From NCBI GenBank assembly GCA_001798715.1, contig MGSF01000022.1:21899-85898 (forward strand): 64,000 nucleotides of DNA, written 5' to 3'. This DNA comes from Deltaproteobacteria bacterium RIFCSPLOWO2_02_FULL_50_16. Lineage in GTDB: Bacteria; UBA10199; 2-02-FULL-50-16. Positions within the stretch are counted from its first letter, which is position 1; every line of letters starts with the position of its first letter. Shown piece after piece: positions 23,551 to 34,483 of this stretch. The translations under genes were made by a program, and so were the position numbers. The notes beneath the pieces are model-generated. The model did no database searches and was not told the origin of the DNA. It saw only the letters and a list, made by a program, of their open reading frames with translations.

Positions 23551-25098
23551 ATGCCGAAGATCAAGCGAGCCATCATCAGTCTCTCGGACAAGAATGGAAT
23601 TATTCCTTTTGCGCGATTTCTTCACGAAAACAAAGTCGAAATCTTGTCGACAGGCGGAACGGCCAGCCTGCTCAAAAAAGCAGGGATTCCCGTTACCGAG
23701 GTCTCTGATTATACGGGTTCTCCGGAGATTATGGACGGGCGTTTAAAAACCCTTCATCCGAAAATTCACGGTGGTTTGTTGGCTGTGCGTCATAATGCCA
23801 AACATATGGAGCAGATCAGCAAGAATAATATCAAACCTATTGATATGGTTGTTGTCAATCTTTATCCCTTTGAGCAGACCATTCAAAAGGAGGATTGTTC
23901 TCTGGAAGAGGCTATCGAGAATATTGATATCGGGGGACCGACAATGCTGCGTGCAGCGGCCAAAAATCATCAGGATGTGGCGGTCGTCGTGGATCCGGAT
24001 GATTATTTGCTTGTGATGGATGAGATGAAAAAAAATCACGGTGACATCAGTCCTCAAACAACCTTTCGTTTGGCCCAAAAGGTCTTTGCCCTGACCTCCC
24101 GATATGATGGGGTCATCTGCAATTATCTTTTAAAGGGAGACAAGAATTTTGCCGATGTTGTCAATCTTCAGGGTCGAAAAAAACAGGAGCTTCGTTATGG
24201 GGAGAATCCCCATCAAAAAGCGGCATTTTACCAGGAGGTGGGGGCGGGGGAGGAAGGGATCAGTGGTGCCGTGCAACTGCATGGGAAGGAGTTGTCGTTT
24301 AACAATATTATCGATTTTGATGCCGCCTATGAGGCGGTTCGCAGTTTTCAAGAGACGGCGGCTGTTGTCATCAAACACACCAATCCGGCGGGTTTGGCCC
24401 TTTCAGACGAATCCCTTGTGGAGGCCTTTATTCGGGCCCGGGATTGTGATCCTCTCTCGGCCTTTGGAGGGGTGATCGGGCTCAATCGTCTCGTGGATGC
24501 GTCGACGGCCGAGGCGATCGCCAAGGATTTTTATGAGGGTGTGGTGGCTCCAGAATTTTCCAAGGAGTCCTTGGAGATATTGAGGCAGAAGAAAAATATC
24601 CGTTTGCTCAAGGCCTCTTTTAGGTGGGATCCTCGTGCCTCGGGATGGGATATCAAGAAGGTGAGCGGGGGTTTTTTAGTGCAAAATAGGGATGTGGCAG
24701 CGCTTTCCATCCGTGATTGTCAAGTGGCGACGGAGCGAACCCCTACAGAAGAGGAGTGGAAGGCCCTGGATTTTGCCTGGCGCGTCGTGAGATATGTCAA
24801 ATCGAATGCCATTGTCTTTGTGAAGGGCACGCAGACTATTGGAATCGGAGCGGGTCAAATGAGCCGCATTGATTCCACAAAGATAGCGATATCAAAATCT
24901 CGATCTGACATGAAAGGTTCTGTGATGGCTTCAGATGCCTTTTTCCCCTTTTCTGACAATGTTGAAACGGCCTTTCAGGCGGGATGTACGGCCATTATTC
25001 AACCCGGAGGTTCCATCCGAGATCAAGAGTCTATTGATGCGGCCAATCAATCAAAAATGGCGATGGTGTTTACGGGAATGAGGCATTTCAGGCATTAG
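23551..25098 (+). CDS. purH: AICAR transformylase/IMP cyclohydrolase
   Basis: [40 protein letters not shown]. Confidence 0.98.
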   Translation: MPKIKRAIISLSDKNGIIPFARFLHENKVEILSTGGTASLLKKAGIPVTEVSDYTGSPEIMDGRLKTLHPKIHGGLLAVRHNAKHMEQISKNNIKPIDMVVVNLYPFEQTIQKEDCSLEEAIENIDIGGPTMLRAAAKNHQDVAVVVDPDDYLLVMDEMKKNHGDISPQTTFRLAQKVFALTSRYDGVICNYLLKGDKNFADVVNLQGRKKQELRYGENPHQKAAFYQEVGAGEEGISGAVQLHGKELSFNNIIDFDAAYEAVRSFQETAAVVIKHTNPAGLALSDESLVEAFIRARDCDPLSAFGGVIGLNRLVDASTAEAIAKDFYEGVVAPEFSKESLEILRQKKNIRLLKASFRWDPRASGWDIKKVSGGFLVQNRDVAALSIRDCQVATERTPTEEEWKALDFAWRVVRYVKSNAIVFVKGTQTIGIGAGQMSRIDSTKIAISKSRSDMKGSVMASDAFFPFSDNVETAFQAGCTAIIQPGGSIRDQESIDAANQSKMAMVFTGMRHFRH

Positions 25099-25099
25099 C

Positions 25100-25168
25100 C
25101 CCTCTCTTTATTATATTTATGAAGGTAAGGGGCCATCCCTACCTTAATAAACTATAATAGGGAAAGGG
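25100..25168. repeat. Long imperfect hairpin between purH and purD
   Basis: Nested pairs CCCT/AGGG, TATTATA/TATAATA, TTTAT/ATAAA, AAGGTA/TACCTT. Confidence 0.6.
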
Positions 25169-25184
25169 ATAGCGGGAGTTTCTC

Positions 25185-26468
25185 ATGAAGGTTTTACTCG
25201 TCGGTGGTGGCGGTCGAGAACATGCCTTGGCCTGGAAGATAGCCCAGAGTCCAAAAGTCACAAAGCTTTTTTGTGCCCCAGGCAATGCGGGGATTTCACA
25301 GGTTGCCGAATGTGTTCCTATTGCCGCTGAGGCCGTTCATGAGCTTCTTCAATTTGCCAAAGATCAAAAGATAGATCTCACGGTGGTGGGTCCGGAACAA
25401 CCGCTTGTGATCGGGATCGTGGACACCTTTCGTCAACAGGGGCTTAGAATCTTTGGACCCACACAAGGGGCCGCTCGACTCGAAGGCTCTAAGGTTTTTA
25501 CCAAGAGATTTTTGGAAAAATATCGTATTCCAACGGCGTCCTATGGTATTTTTGACACCTATGAGGCGGCCCTGTCTTCTATCCAAAAGGATAATTTTCC
25601 CCTGGTGATGAAGGCGGATGGACTTGCGGCCGGAAAGGGTGTCCTTATTTGTCAGGATTTTGGTGAGGGCAAAGAGGCCCTGGAGGTTTTTTTTCGTAAA
25701 CGGGCCTTTGGAGCAGCGGGAAAACGTATTGTCATCGAGGAATTTTTAAAAGGGGAGGAGGTCTCTTATATTGCCTTTTCGGATGGAGAACATTTCCTTC
25801 CGCTGGCCTCTTCGAAAGATCACAAAAGGATTTTTGACAATGATCAGGGTTTAAATACGGGGGGTATGGGGGCTTTTTCCCCGACTCCCGCCTTCACGCC
25901 TGATTTGGAAAAAAGAGTCATTGAGACCGTCATTCGACCCACCATTCAGGGGATGAAGGATGAAGGGACTCCTTTTGAGGGCATTCTCTATGTGGGATTG
26001 ATGCTGACGAAGGAAGGTCCGAAGGTTTTGGAGTTTAATGTCCGCATGGGTGATCCTGAGACCCAGCCTCTATTGGTTCGGATGAAGACGGATATTATCG
26101 AGATTATTGAAAAGGTTTTTACCCGGCGTCTCCATGAACAGGTTGTTGAATGGGAGGCTAAGACTTCTCTTTGTATTGTCATGGCCTCAGGGGGTTATCC
26201 GGGGAAATATGAGAAAGGACATGTCATCGAAGGGCTTGATGGCATTCAACAGGATGTTTTTGTGTTTCACGCAGGGACTGAGTGGGGAATCGGGGACAAA
26301 AAAGGCAAGATTGTGACGAATGGAGGGAGGGTTTTGGGAGTGACAGCCTTAGGGGATGATCTTGAAGAGGCGAGAAAGAAAGGATATAAGGCTGTATCAC
26401 AGATTCATTGGCCCCATGTCCATTATCGCCGTGATATTGGTCGTAGCCAGTCAAACGAGAAAGGATGA
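25185..26468 (+). CDS. purD: Phosphoribosylamine-glycine ligase
   Basis: GGGGREHAL, KADGLAAGKGV, NTGGMGA, GDPETQ, TNGGRVL. Confidence 0.98.
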   Translation: MKVLLVGGGGREHALAWKIAQSPKVTKLFCAPGNAGISQVAECVPIAAEAVHELLQFAKDQKIDLTVVGPEQPLVIGIVDTFRQQGLRIFGPTQGAARLEGSKVFTKRFLEKYRIPTASYGIFDTYEAALSSIQKDNFPLVMKADGLAAGKGVLICQDFGEGKEALEVFFRKRAFGAAGKRIVIEEFLKGEEVSYIAFSDGEHFLPLASSKDHKRIFDNDQGLNTGGMGAFSPTPAFTPDLEKRVIETVIRPTIQGMKDEGTPFEGILYVGLMLTKEGPKVLEFNVRMGDPETQPLLVRMKTDIIEIIEKVFTRRLHEQVVEWEAKTSLCIVMASGGYPGKYEKGHVIEGLDGIQQDVFVFHAGTEWGIGDKKGKIVTNGGRVLGVTALGDDLEEARKKGYKAVSQIHWPHVHYRRDIGRSQSNEKG

Positions 26469-26980
26469 GCATGAAGAAAAAACAGCCATTGGTGGGTATT
26501 TTGATGGGAAGTGATAGTGATGTCTTGGTCATGGGTGAAGCGGCAAAAATTTTGGATGATTTCAATGTTCCCCATGAGCAAGTGATTACGTCGGCCCACC
26601 GCTCCCCTAAGAGGACAATGCTTTATGCCGAATCAGCGTCCAAGCGGGGGATCAAGATCTTGATTGCCGGGGCAGGGTATGCGGCCCATTTGGCGGGGGT
26701 TGTAGCGGCACAAACCGTTCTTCCGGTGATTGGAGTGCCCATTGATTCCTCCTCTTTGAAGGGTCTTGATGCTATCCTGTCCACTGTCCAGATGCCGGGG
26801 GGGATTCCCGTGGCAACCATGTCCATTGGTAAGGCGGGGGCCAAAAATGCCGCCCTGATGGCAGTGGCCATATTGGCGCTTTCGAATCAAACCTTGAAAA
26901 AATCCCTAGAATCCTATCGTCGCAAATTAGAAAAAGGTATTTTAAAAAAGAATAAAAAACTGCAATCTAAAAATTTATAA
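26465..26980 (+). CDS. purE: N5-CAIR mutase
   Basis: MGSDSD, SAHRSP, AAHLAG, QMPGGIPVAT. Confidence 0.97.
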   Translation: MSMKKKQPLVGILMGSDSDVLVMGEAAKILDDFNVPHEQVITSAHRSPKRTMLYAESASKRGIKILIAGAGYAAHLAGVVAAQTVLPVIGVPIDSSSLKGLDAILSTVQMPGGIPVATMSIGKAGAKNAALMAVAILALSNQTLKKSLESYRRKLEKGILKKNKKLQSKNL

Positions 26981-26981
26981 G

Positions 26982-27638
26982 ATGAATATGTCTCAAATTA
27001 TTTCTATCAATCACAGCCAACCAGAACCGTTACTGATCCATGAGATAGTGCAGGCTATTCGTGATGGAAAGGTGGTGGCTTATCCTACAGAAACCTTTTA
27101 TGGTTTCGGCGTTGACGTGAGTCAAGAGACGGCCATCAAACGCCTTTTTGACTTAAAAAGACGTGATTATGGCAATCCGATTGCGGTGATCGTTGCCGAT
27201 CAGGAAATGTTGTATACGGTGGTTCATGATGTTCCGGAAACGGCCAAAACTTTGATGGAAATTTTTTGGCCGGGACCTTTGACCATCTTGTTTCAAACAA
27301 CGGACAAAATTTCAAGGCAGTTGACAACCAATACGGGAAAGATAGGCATTCGTGTCTCTTCCGATCCTATTGCTGCAAGTATTGTAAAAGAGATGGGCCG
27401 ACCCCTGACAACGACCAGCGCCAATTTGTCAGGACATCCGCCTTCTTTTAGCGCGCAGGATGTCATACACTATTTTGGCGATAAGATTGATTATATTGTT
27501 GATGTTGGAGAGTTGCCTCCTAGTTTAGGTTCGACAGTTGTTGATGTGTCAGAAGAAAAGATAGTCTTGATTCGTGAGGGTGTGCTAAAGGCAGAGTCCA
27601 TATTCAAGCATTTTGGCAAGGACTATTCGACGACGTAA
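26982..27638 (+). CDS. tsaC: L-threonylcarbamoyladenylate synthase (YrdC/TsaC)
   Basis: YPTETFYG, K.R...NP, FWPGPLT, TSANLSG, STVVD. Confidence 0.95.
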   Translation: MNMSQIISINHSQPEPLLIHEIVQAIRDGKVVAYPTETFYGFGVDVSQETAIKRLFDLKRRDYGNPIAVIVADQEMLYTVVHDVPETAKTLMEIFWPGPLTILFQTTDKISRQLTTNTGKIGIRVSSDPIAASIVKEMGRPLTTTSANLSGHPPSFSAQDVIHYFGDKIDYIVDVGELPPSLGSTVVDVSEEKIVLIREGVLKAESIFKHFGKDYSTT

Positions 27639-27651
27639 AGGAGTGGCTCCT

Positions 27652-28989
27652 ATGAGTGTTTTCCCTAAGATTTCCCCATTTAGAGGTGTTCGTTATAATC
27701 TAGATCGCATTAAGGATGTTTCTCTTGTTGTGGCTCCTCCTTACGATGTCATCAGTTCGAAGCGACAGGAAGAATTGTATCAGCTACACCCCTACAATGT
27801 GATTCGGTTGATTTTAGGAAAGAAAAATCAGTCCGATGGGGAAAATGATAATCAATATACCCGGGCGGCTCGTGATTGGAATCTCTGGCAAAAAGAAAAT
27901 ATACTCATTCGCGACCCTCATCCTTCTATCTATATTTATCATCAGGAGTTTAATGTTCCGGGTCAAGGACGTGTTGTGCGCAAGGGTTTTTTGGCGCTCA
28001 AGCGGTTGGAGGATTTTGAAGAAGGCGGTGTCAAACCCCATGAGAAAACCATCGAAGGTCCTAAGGCAGATCGTTTGAAGCTGATGAAGGCCTGCCAATC
28101 TAATTTCAGTCCTATTTTTGGACTTTATGCCTCACAAGATTCTACTGTTTCAGATCTAATCAGTTTGGAGAACAGGGAGAAATCTCTGATTGATATTTCT
28201 GATCTTGATGGTGTACGTCATTGCCTTTGGAAATTAGAAGACTCTGATGTTATTCAATCCATAGTACGATCCATGACGGATAGAACTATTCTCATTGCGG
28301 ATGGACATCATCGTTATGAGACGGCATTGAATTATCGCAATTGGATTAAGGGAAAGGGTAAGATCAGTGACGATTCACCGGTGCATTATGTTTTGATGTA
28401 TTTTGCCGATATGGGAGACCCCGGCATGCTGGTTTTTCCCACTCATCGGATGCTTCGTCGTTGGCCCAAATTTCACTGGCTTACATTCTTGAGTCTTTTG
28501 AGAAAGAATTTTGAAGTAGAGGTTTTTAAGCGTGATCATAAAGAGGATTTTTTAAAAATTTTAAAGGATAAAAAATCTAAAGATCATGTTTTTGGAGTCG
28601 TGAGTTGCGAAGACCCACAACATTTTTATTTACTGACTTTGAATGATAATAATGTCATTAATCATCCAGGCCTTCAAGATATCGCTGCCCCGCTACGACG
28701 TCTCGATGCGGGCATATTGCATCACCTCATATTGAAGAAGCTCCTCGAGATGTCCGAGGAGCAACAGAGAGATCCGCAATATATGGATTTTATCAAGGAG
28801 GAGCAAAAGGCGTGGGAGCAAGTGGAAGAAACCGACGTTCAATGTCTCTTTCTTATGAAGGCTCCAGAAATGAAACAAATTCAAGAGGTTGCAGATGCCG
28901 GTCTTATCATGCCGCCGAAAACGACCTACTTTTATCCCAAGCTTCTTTCAGGTTTGGTTTTTAACAAAATAGATCTTCAAGGGGAGTGA
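27652..28989 (+). CDS. DUF1015 family protein
   Basis: PPYDVI, PHEKT, IADGHHRYETA, MPPKTTYFYPKLLSGL. Confidence 0.9.
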   Translation: MSVFPKISPFRGVRYNLDRIKDVSLVVAPPYDVISSKRQEELYQLHPYNVIRLILGKKNQSDGENDNQYTRAARDWNLWQKENILIRDPHPSIYIYHQEFNVPGQGRVVRKGFLALKRLEDFEEGGVKPHEKTIEGPKADRLKLMKACQSNFSPIFGLYASQDSTVSDLISLENREKSLIDISDLDGVRHCLWKLEDSDVIQSIVRSMTDRTILIADGHHRYETALNYRNWIKGKGKISDDSPVHYVLMYFADMGDPGMLVFPTHRMLRRWPKFHWLTFLSLLRKNFEVEVFKRDHKEDFLKILKDKKSKDHVFGVVSCEDPQHFYLLTLNDNNVINHPGLQDIAAPLRRLDAGILHHLILKKLLEMSEEQQRDPQYMDFIKEEQKAWEQVEETDVQCLFLMKAPEMKQIQEVADAGLIMPPKTTYFYPKLLSGLVFNKIDLQGE

Positions 28990-28992
28990 GGC

Positions 28993-29328
28993 CTACTTTT
29001 TTCGATATATTTGAACTTTGGCCTTATTTTTAAAATGAAGATCTTTGATTTTTAATGAAGGGAACTGATCCTGAATCTTGAGAAGTATTTCATGTTTTAA
29101 TAGGTGTAGTTCTTGAGTCCAGCTAGGACTTTTTGTTTGAATCGTTAAAAGGCCATGTCGGAGGCTTAGAGGTTCTGTTTTTGTCGATATCGTTTTGCCT
29201 AGTATTTTCTCCCATGCAAGGGAGAGATCGGTGAGTTCGGCATTTTGGGGATGGAGTAGTTGAGGCAGAGAATTTTCCAGTATGTCCTTAATTGAAGTGG
29301 GCCTCGACAGACCTGATTTTTGACTCAT
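28993..29328 (-). CDS. DUF721 (DciA-like) protein
   Basis: W..I.G..I...T.P......L.I......W.QEL pattern; start uncertain. Confidence 0.75.
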   Translation of the reverse strand: MSQKSGLSRPTSIKDILENSLPQLLHPQNAELTDLSLAWEKILGKTISTKTEPLSLRHGLLTIQTKSPSWTQELHLLKHEILLKIQDQFPSLKIKDLHFKNKAKVQIYRKK

Positions 29329-29357
29329 CAAGTCATAAATATCGCAAGTGAAAGTTT

Positions 29358-29386
29358 TTGACAAGTCTGAATTCAAGCTGTAGTAT
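29358..29386 (+). promoter_or_regulatory. Sigma70-type promoter of dksA
   Basis: TTGACA-17 nt-TAGTAT, 35 nt before the ATG. Confidence 0.6.
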
Positions 29387-29421
29387 TAAGTTTCGTTCGT
29401 GAAAGAAGGGGTTGTTTTTTT

Positions 29422-29787
29422 ATGAATAAAAAGGAATTAAAAGAGCTTAAAGAGATTTTAGAGGGTATGAAAAATGAGCTTTTAACCCAGGCCGAGCAAA
29501 TGCGTCAGCGGAGTTTGGGTCTTGATGTCGAGGATTTGCCGGATGAGGTTGATCTAGCGACCTCTGAGACGGATCAGTCTCTTAATCTTCATTTAAGGGA
29601 TCGGGAAAGAACTCTCTTCAAAAAAATTGAGGATGCCCTCGAACGCATGGAAAATAACGAGTATGGAAAGTGCACACTCTGTGATGAAGAGATTGGTTTT
29701 AAACGTCTCAAGGCCCGTCCGGTGACGGATCTCTGTATTCGGTGTAAAGAAGAACAGGAAAGTGTTGAAAAGAGGTACGCCGAGTAA
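29422..29787 (+). CDS. dksA: DksA/TraR C4 zinc-finger protein
   Basis: D.VD.A coiled-coil tip, YGKCTLC..EIG.KRL.ARP...LCIRCKE. Confidence 0.92.
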   Translation: MNKKELKELKEILEGMKNELLTQAEQMRQRSLGLDVEDLPDEVDLATSETDQSLNLHLRDRERTLFKKIEDALERMENNEYGKCTLCDEEIGFKRLKARPVTDLCIRCKEEQESVEKRYAE

Positions 29788-29874
29788 TTTTCTTTTCTAA
29801 CCCCGACTCGCTCCGAAGGAACTCGTCGGGATAATTGTCTGTAACACCAGCGCTTGTATGTACTTCGCGCTGTT

Positions 29875-29979
29875 TACAAGTCAGTTCATTAATGTCTATC
29901 CATAAGGACTGACAGTACTAAGGCAAATGACACACCCCTTGGGGTTTTCAATGTATAGTGGGAAATGGCCGCCTTAGTA
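29875..29979 (-). repeat. Bipartite hairpin repeat, copy 2 (inverted; 43-bp + 64-bp units)
   Basis: TACAAGTCAGTTC...GGACTGACAGTA overlapping at TA with TACTAAGGC...GCCTTAGTA. Confidence 0.75.
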
Positions 29980-29994
29980 ACAGACACTAACCTA

Positions 29995-31029
29995 TCAAAA
30001 CAGATTCTTTTGCAAGGAGGCGTTTTTTTGTTCCGGGTAGGAAATTCCTAAATGATGATAAGCCGCTCTTGAGGCCATGCGACCCCTGGATGTTCGTTGA
30101 ATATAACCGCTCTGGATCAAAAAGGGTTCGTAGAGATCTTCAATCGTTCCCTTGTCCTCGCCAATAGCGGAGGCCATGGTTTCCACGCCCACAGGGCCTC
30201 CTTGAAACTGTTCGATGATTGTTTTCAATATTTTGAGATCCATCACATCGAGTCCCTTTTCATCAACTTCGAGAAAATCAAGGGCCTTTTTGGCAATGTC
30301 TTTGTTGATAGTCCCTGAGGCCTTGATTTCGGCGAAATCGCGAACACGTCGCAAAAGGCGATTGGTAATGCGGGGAGTTCCCCGAGAACGCTTTGCTATC
30401 TCAAAAGCCCCCTCAGACTGGAGAGCGACACCGAGGATTCTGGCCGAGTGAAGTGCGATTTCTTTGAGTTCTTCAGGTGAATAAAAATCAAGACGGGCAC
30501 TGATGCCGAATCGATCGCGCAAGGGAGATGTCAACAGTCCCGCTCGTGTTGTGGCCCCGACAAGGGTAAAGGGAGGGATGTCGAGTTTTACAGTTTTTGC
30601 GGAGGGACCTTGACCAATGATGATGTCGAGTTTGTAGTCTTCCATGGCCTGATACAGGACCTCTTCAATCACAGCGGAAAGGCGGTGGATTTCATCGATG
30701 AAAAGGATGTCAAGGGGAGCTAAATTGGTAAGAATGGCGGCAAGGTCGCCCTGATGTTCGATAGCGGGGCCTGATGTGGCGCGAATGTTGACATTCATTT
30801 CATTGGCCATGATGTGGGCGAGCGAGGTCTTGCCTAGACCAGGAGGGCCGTAGAAAAGGGCGTGGTCGAGAGATTCTTTGCGTTTTTTGGCGGCTTGGAT
30901 AAAAATGTCCAACTTCTCTTTCAAACCGCTTTGTCCCACAAATTCCTTGAGTGTTTTTGGTCTGAGAGAGGTATCAAAGGGGATATCTTCATCAATTCGA
31001 ACAGGGTTTAAGTTTTTTTGTTCAGACAT
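29995..31029 (-). CDS. ruvB: Holliday junction helicase RuvB
   Basis: [32 protein letters not shown]. Confidence 0.98.
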   Translation of the reverse strand: MSEQKNLNPVRIDEDIPFDTSLRPKTLKEFVGQSGLKEKLDIFIQAAKKRKESLDHALFYGPPGLGKTSLAHIMANEMNVNIRATSGPAIEHQGDLAAILTNLAPLDILFIDEIHRLSAVIEEVLYQAMEDYKLDIIIGQGPSAKTVKLDIPPFTLVGATTRAGLLTSPLRDRFGISARLDFYSPEELKEIALHSARILGVALQSEGAFEIAKRSRGTPRITNRLLRRVRDFAEIKASGTINKDIAKKALDFLEVDEKGLDVMDLKILKTIIEQFQGGPVGVETMASAIGEDKGTIEDLYEPFLIQSGYIQRTSRGRMASRAAYHHLGISYPEQKNASLQKNLF

Positions 31030-31628
31030 TATGAACGGGCTCCTGCAATGTTTTGTAATGTTTCACGGATGAGTGATTCTAGGGTGGCTTCTTTGGAGAA
31101 TTTCAGTTGAGTGACCGCTTTTTCCGCCACATTTTTGCTGTAGCCAAGATTCATCAGTGCCGATTCGACATCTTTTGCTATGGCCTGGTAGGGCAGAATG
31201 GATTTTGAGGAAGAAATAATTTCGAGTCCCTCGAGCTTATCCTTCAAATCGATGACTATACGAGTGGCCATTTTTTTTCCTACACCTGGAATGGTGGTCA
31301 GTTTATCAACATCTTCTCGTTGGATGGCCTCTGTCAGCTCTAATGGAGGCATTCCTGAAAGAATATTGAGGGCGAGCCTGGGTCCGATGCCGTTGACTTT
31401 AATCAATTTTAGAAAAATGGTTTTTTCCAAGGTATCGAAAAAACCAAAGAGAGACAATTCATTTTCCCGCATGTGAGTATATATTTTCAGGGTAACCCTT
31501 TCACCTATGGAAGGAAGACGTTCGTAGGTTCTTGGAGAAATGTGGATTTCATAACCGACCCCACCCACATCTATAGTGGTGGATCCTGTGCTTTTATCGG
31601 AAAGGAATCCTTTGAGTGAACCAATCAT
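31029..31628 (-). CDS. ruvA: Holliday junction binding protein RuvA
   Basis: [27 protein letters not shown]. Confidence 0.97.
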   Translation of the reverse strand: MIGSLKGFLSDKSTGSTTIDVGGVGYEIHISPRTYERLPSIGERVTLKIYTHMRENELSLFGFFDTLEKTIFLKLIKVNGIGPRLALNILSGMPPLELTEAIQREDVDKLTTIPGVGKKMATRIVIDLKDKLEGLEIISSSKSILPYQAIAKDVESALMNLGYSKNVAEKAVTQLKFSKEATLESLIRETLQNIAGARS

Positions 31629-32119
31629 GCTGAAGCTCTCATTCCTTGCAAGTTAGTATTTGTGTGGGCATGACACAGGGCCACTGCCAAGGCGTCAGAG
31701 GCATCGAGAGGCGGTTTTTCTTTGAGCCGGAGCAGTTTCATAATCATTGCCTGAACCTGTTCCTTGGAGGCTTGACCATAGCTCGTGACAGCCTGTTTTA
31801 TTTGCAAAGGGGTGTACTCATATAAAGACAAACCGGCTTGTATAGCGGCTAAAATTAAAACGCCTCGACTATGACCCAATTTAAGTGCGCTATTGGCATT
31901 TTTCGAAAAGAAGACATTTTCAATAGACAAAACATTAGGTTTTGATTCTGCGATGATGGAAGATAATCCTTGATATATTTCCAGAAGCCTGTTGGACAAG
32001 GGGCTGTTTGAATTGGTTCTAAGGCAACCATAGGTTAAAGGAATCCATTGATCTTTTTTTTTCTCGATGACTCCATATCCTGTGATATGAGAGCCTGGAT
32101 CAATTCCTAGAATTTTCAA
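31625..32119 (-). CDS. ruvC: Holliday junction resolvase RuvC
   Basis: [39 protein letters not shown]. Confidence 0.97.
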   Translation of the reverse strand: MKILGIDPGSHITGYGVIEKKKDQWIPLTYGCLRTNSNSPLSNRLLEIYQGLSSIIAESKPNVLSIENVFFSKNANSALKLGHSRGVLILAAIQAGLSLYEYTPLQIKQAVTSYGQASKEQVQAMIMKLLRLKEKPPLDASDALAVALCHAHTNTNLQGMRASA

Positions 32120-32858
32120 TTTTGTTCATGACCTCCTGTGAGATATCAAAATTTGAGTAGACATTTTGTACATCATCATTGTCATCAAGGGCTTCCATGA
32201 GTTTGAGCATTTTTTCCCCGTCTTTGTCATTGAGATTGACCGTGGTTTTGGGGACCATCGTGATATCGGAGCTCGCCGCCTTGAGACCTTTAGTTTCTAT
32301 TTTCTTCTTGATCTCATCGAGGTGAAGAGGGTCGACATAAAGTTCCCACAAATCCTCTCCATTGACGAGGTCGTCGGCACCCGCTTCAATAGCGGCCTCC
32401 ATAAGGGCATCCTCTGAGACTGTGGATTTGTTGAAATTAATTTGACCTCGCTTGTTGAAGATCCATGCGACACAGCCGGCTTCTCCCATGTTGCCACTAT
32501 TTTTTGTCAGAATATGACGAATTTCAGAAATAGTTCTGTTTTTGTTGTCTGTGACGATCTGAATTAACAGGGCTGTTCCTCCTGGTCCATATCCTTCAAG
32601 GATACATTCTTCGTAGTTAACCCCTTCAAGCTCACCAGTTCCCTTTTTGATGGCTCGGACAATATTATCCTGAGGCATGTTGCCTTCTTTGGCCTTATCA
32701 ACAGCGGTTCTTAAGCGGAAATTGGAATCGATATTACCGCCGCCCTGTCGGGCAGCCACCGTTATTTCTCGGATGAGCTTGGTAAATAAGGCCCCTCGTT
32801 TGGCATCATTAGCTCCTTTTTTTCTCTTAATGGTGGCCCATTTAGAATGTCCTGACAT
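32100..32858 (-). CDS. yebC: YebC/PmpR family protein
   Basis: [34 protein letters not shown]; upstream of ruvC. Confidence 0.96.
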   Translation of the reverse strand: MSGHSKWATIKRKKGANDAKRGALFTKLIREITVAARQGGGNIDSNFRLRTAVDKAKEGNMPQDNIVRAIKKGTGELEGVNYEECILEGYGPGGTALLIQIVTDNKNRTISEIRHILTKNSGNMGEAGCVAWIFNKRGQINFNKSTVSEDALMEAAIEAGADDLVNGEDLWELYVDPLHLDEIKKKIETKGLKAASSDITMVPKTTVNLNDKDGEKMLKLMEALDDNDDVQNVYSNFDISQEVMNKIENSRN

Positions 32859-32926
32859 TTTGATTCTCCTCATCTACGTTCTTATTTAGGACGTACCATA
32901 AAGGTTCCTAGAAAGCAATTATCGTC

Positions 32927-34483
32927 TCATTGAGGCTTGATGGGGAAAGAAGGAAGCGTCGTGGCAGGAGAGTCTGGTAGTATAGAGGGGGCCGCCAAGC
33001 CTTTAATTTCAAGGGATATAGGGCGTTCTACGACGCCTCCACTTTGGCGATCTCTCACCGTAATGATGAGGGTGTGAGGACCGGGAAGGGTGGCAGGAGG
33101 GATAATGAGACTGCTTTTCAATCGGAGCGCTTCGCGAGAAAAACTTTCAATTTTTTTGTCGACAATGTTCATTTTCTCCCAAATGATAATGCCAGAGGGG
33201 TCATTGAGGATAAAATCCATCTGAAGCCAGGCCAATCCTTTTTTTATTTTGGCTCCGGAGGCTTCAATGGTGACATAGAGGATGTTGCCCGGAAAGAAAA
33301 TGGGTTCGGAAGGCGTTTGGTGGTTTTGATCCTCAATGATGACTTGATCGATTTGTAACTGGTCAAAGAATTGACCTTTGAGCCAACCTTGCCATTGGCG
33401 AGGGACATGAAAGGATTCCAGATTGATGAATTGTTTTGATTTGAGGAAATTTTTAGAATTGTTAATACCGGTATACAACAGAAAAATTCCCGCCAGTAAT
33501 GTTAAGAGAAAAATAAAAAAACGCAGAAAAGTGACAGGATGTCGGACAACGACGGTCATGGACCATATGTCTCCTAGCCTTTGCTTTTGTCTTGAAAAAA
33601 AACATGAAAGGTAGCCTAAGGGTGTGAGATCTAGGGGGCGGATGAGATTGCGCATCAGAATCGCGGCAAATCGGGGAGAGTACCCCTCTTCGTCAAGTAT
33701 TTTCATGCCCAGAATCATTTTGCCCGGAGTCCCTTTGCCCCATAATTCAAATCCCAACCAGTAAAAAACAGCGATGAGGGAAAGAGAATTCAAGAGAATG
33801 GATGAGATAAGAGGGATATTTGAGGGGATCATCAAGAAAAAGCCTGAGAGGATGAGCGATATAAGGAGGAGATCTATGAAAAAGGAGAAAATTCTACGGT
33901 TGGCAGTAGCCAAATGTAATTTTGCAATAGGCATCCTTTCGGAGGGGTCTGGGATCTTGCGGATGACTTTTGTGCGTCCCATAACATCCCCCAAGCGGCA
34001 ATGAAAAGGGGAGCTTTCCATGAAGAGGAGAAGGAAAATTGGGAAAACGGCAATGTCGATAAAGCGAAAAAGATTACGTATGAGAATCGAAAAAAAAGAA
34101 GGAAATCTGTCTTGAAGGTTGAGTACTTTTATATGTGTCATGAGTTTGCCGATGGTTGTGGCCCAAACACCTTCCCAAATGATGTAGTAAACAAAAAGGG
34201 CGCTTAAACCGATACCCCCTAGGATCAGTTGTTGCATTTCGGAAATATTCCAGGGAAGCGGTATGTCCTTTCGAGTGACAAAGGAATAATAGGCACAGTA
34301 TCCGCCCGACAACAGGAGGCCAATGAAGGCCAGATCGATGCAAAAGGCCATGAGTCTTTCATGAAGATGAGCGGGGCTTTGTCGAAGGGCTTGGTGGGAG
34401 ATATTTTCCGAGGATGTTTCCGGGATATTTTCAACATGGGTGACGGAGGGGTTTTCGGAGACTTCTTCGGTGTTTTGATTCAT
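32927..34483 (-). CDS. Membrane protein with two RDD domains and a C-terminal soluble beta-rich domain
   Basis: Two R..AF.ID / T.GK / RN..R..D / RLGD repeats. Confidence 0.8.
   Translation of the reverse strand: MNQNTEEVSENPSVTHVENIPETSSENISHQALRQSPAHLHERLMAFCIDLAFIGLLLSGGYCAYYSFVTRKDIPLPWNISEMQQLILGGIGLSALFVYYIIWEGVWATTIGKLMTHIKVLNLQDRFPSFFSILIRNLFRFIDIAVFPIFLLLFMESSPFHCRLGDVMGRTKVIRKIPDPSERMPIAKLHLATANRRIFSFFIDLLLISLILSGFFLMIPSNIPLISSILLNSLSLIAVFYWLGFELWGKGTPGKMILGMKILDEEGYSPRFAAILMRNLIRPLDLTPLGYLSCFFSRQKQRLGDIWSMTVVVRHPVTFLRFFIFLLTLLAGIFLLYTGINNSKNFLKSKQFINLESFHVPRQWQGWLKGQFFDQLQIDQVIIEDQNHQTPSEPIFFPGNILYVTIEASGAKIKKGLAWLQMDFILNDPSGIIIWEKMNIVDKKIESFSREALRLKSSLIIPPATLPGPHTLIITVRDRQSGGVVERPISLEIKGLAAPSILPDSPATTLPSFPIKPQ

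Noticed and set aside
29788..29994. 6S RNA or tRNA in the dksA-ruvB gap
   Set aside because: Pairing gives several adjacent hairpins rather than a single rod with central bubble; no cloverleaf or T-loop.
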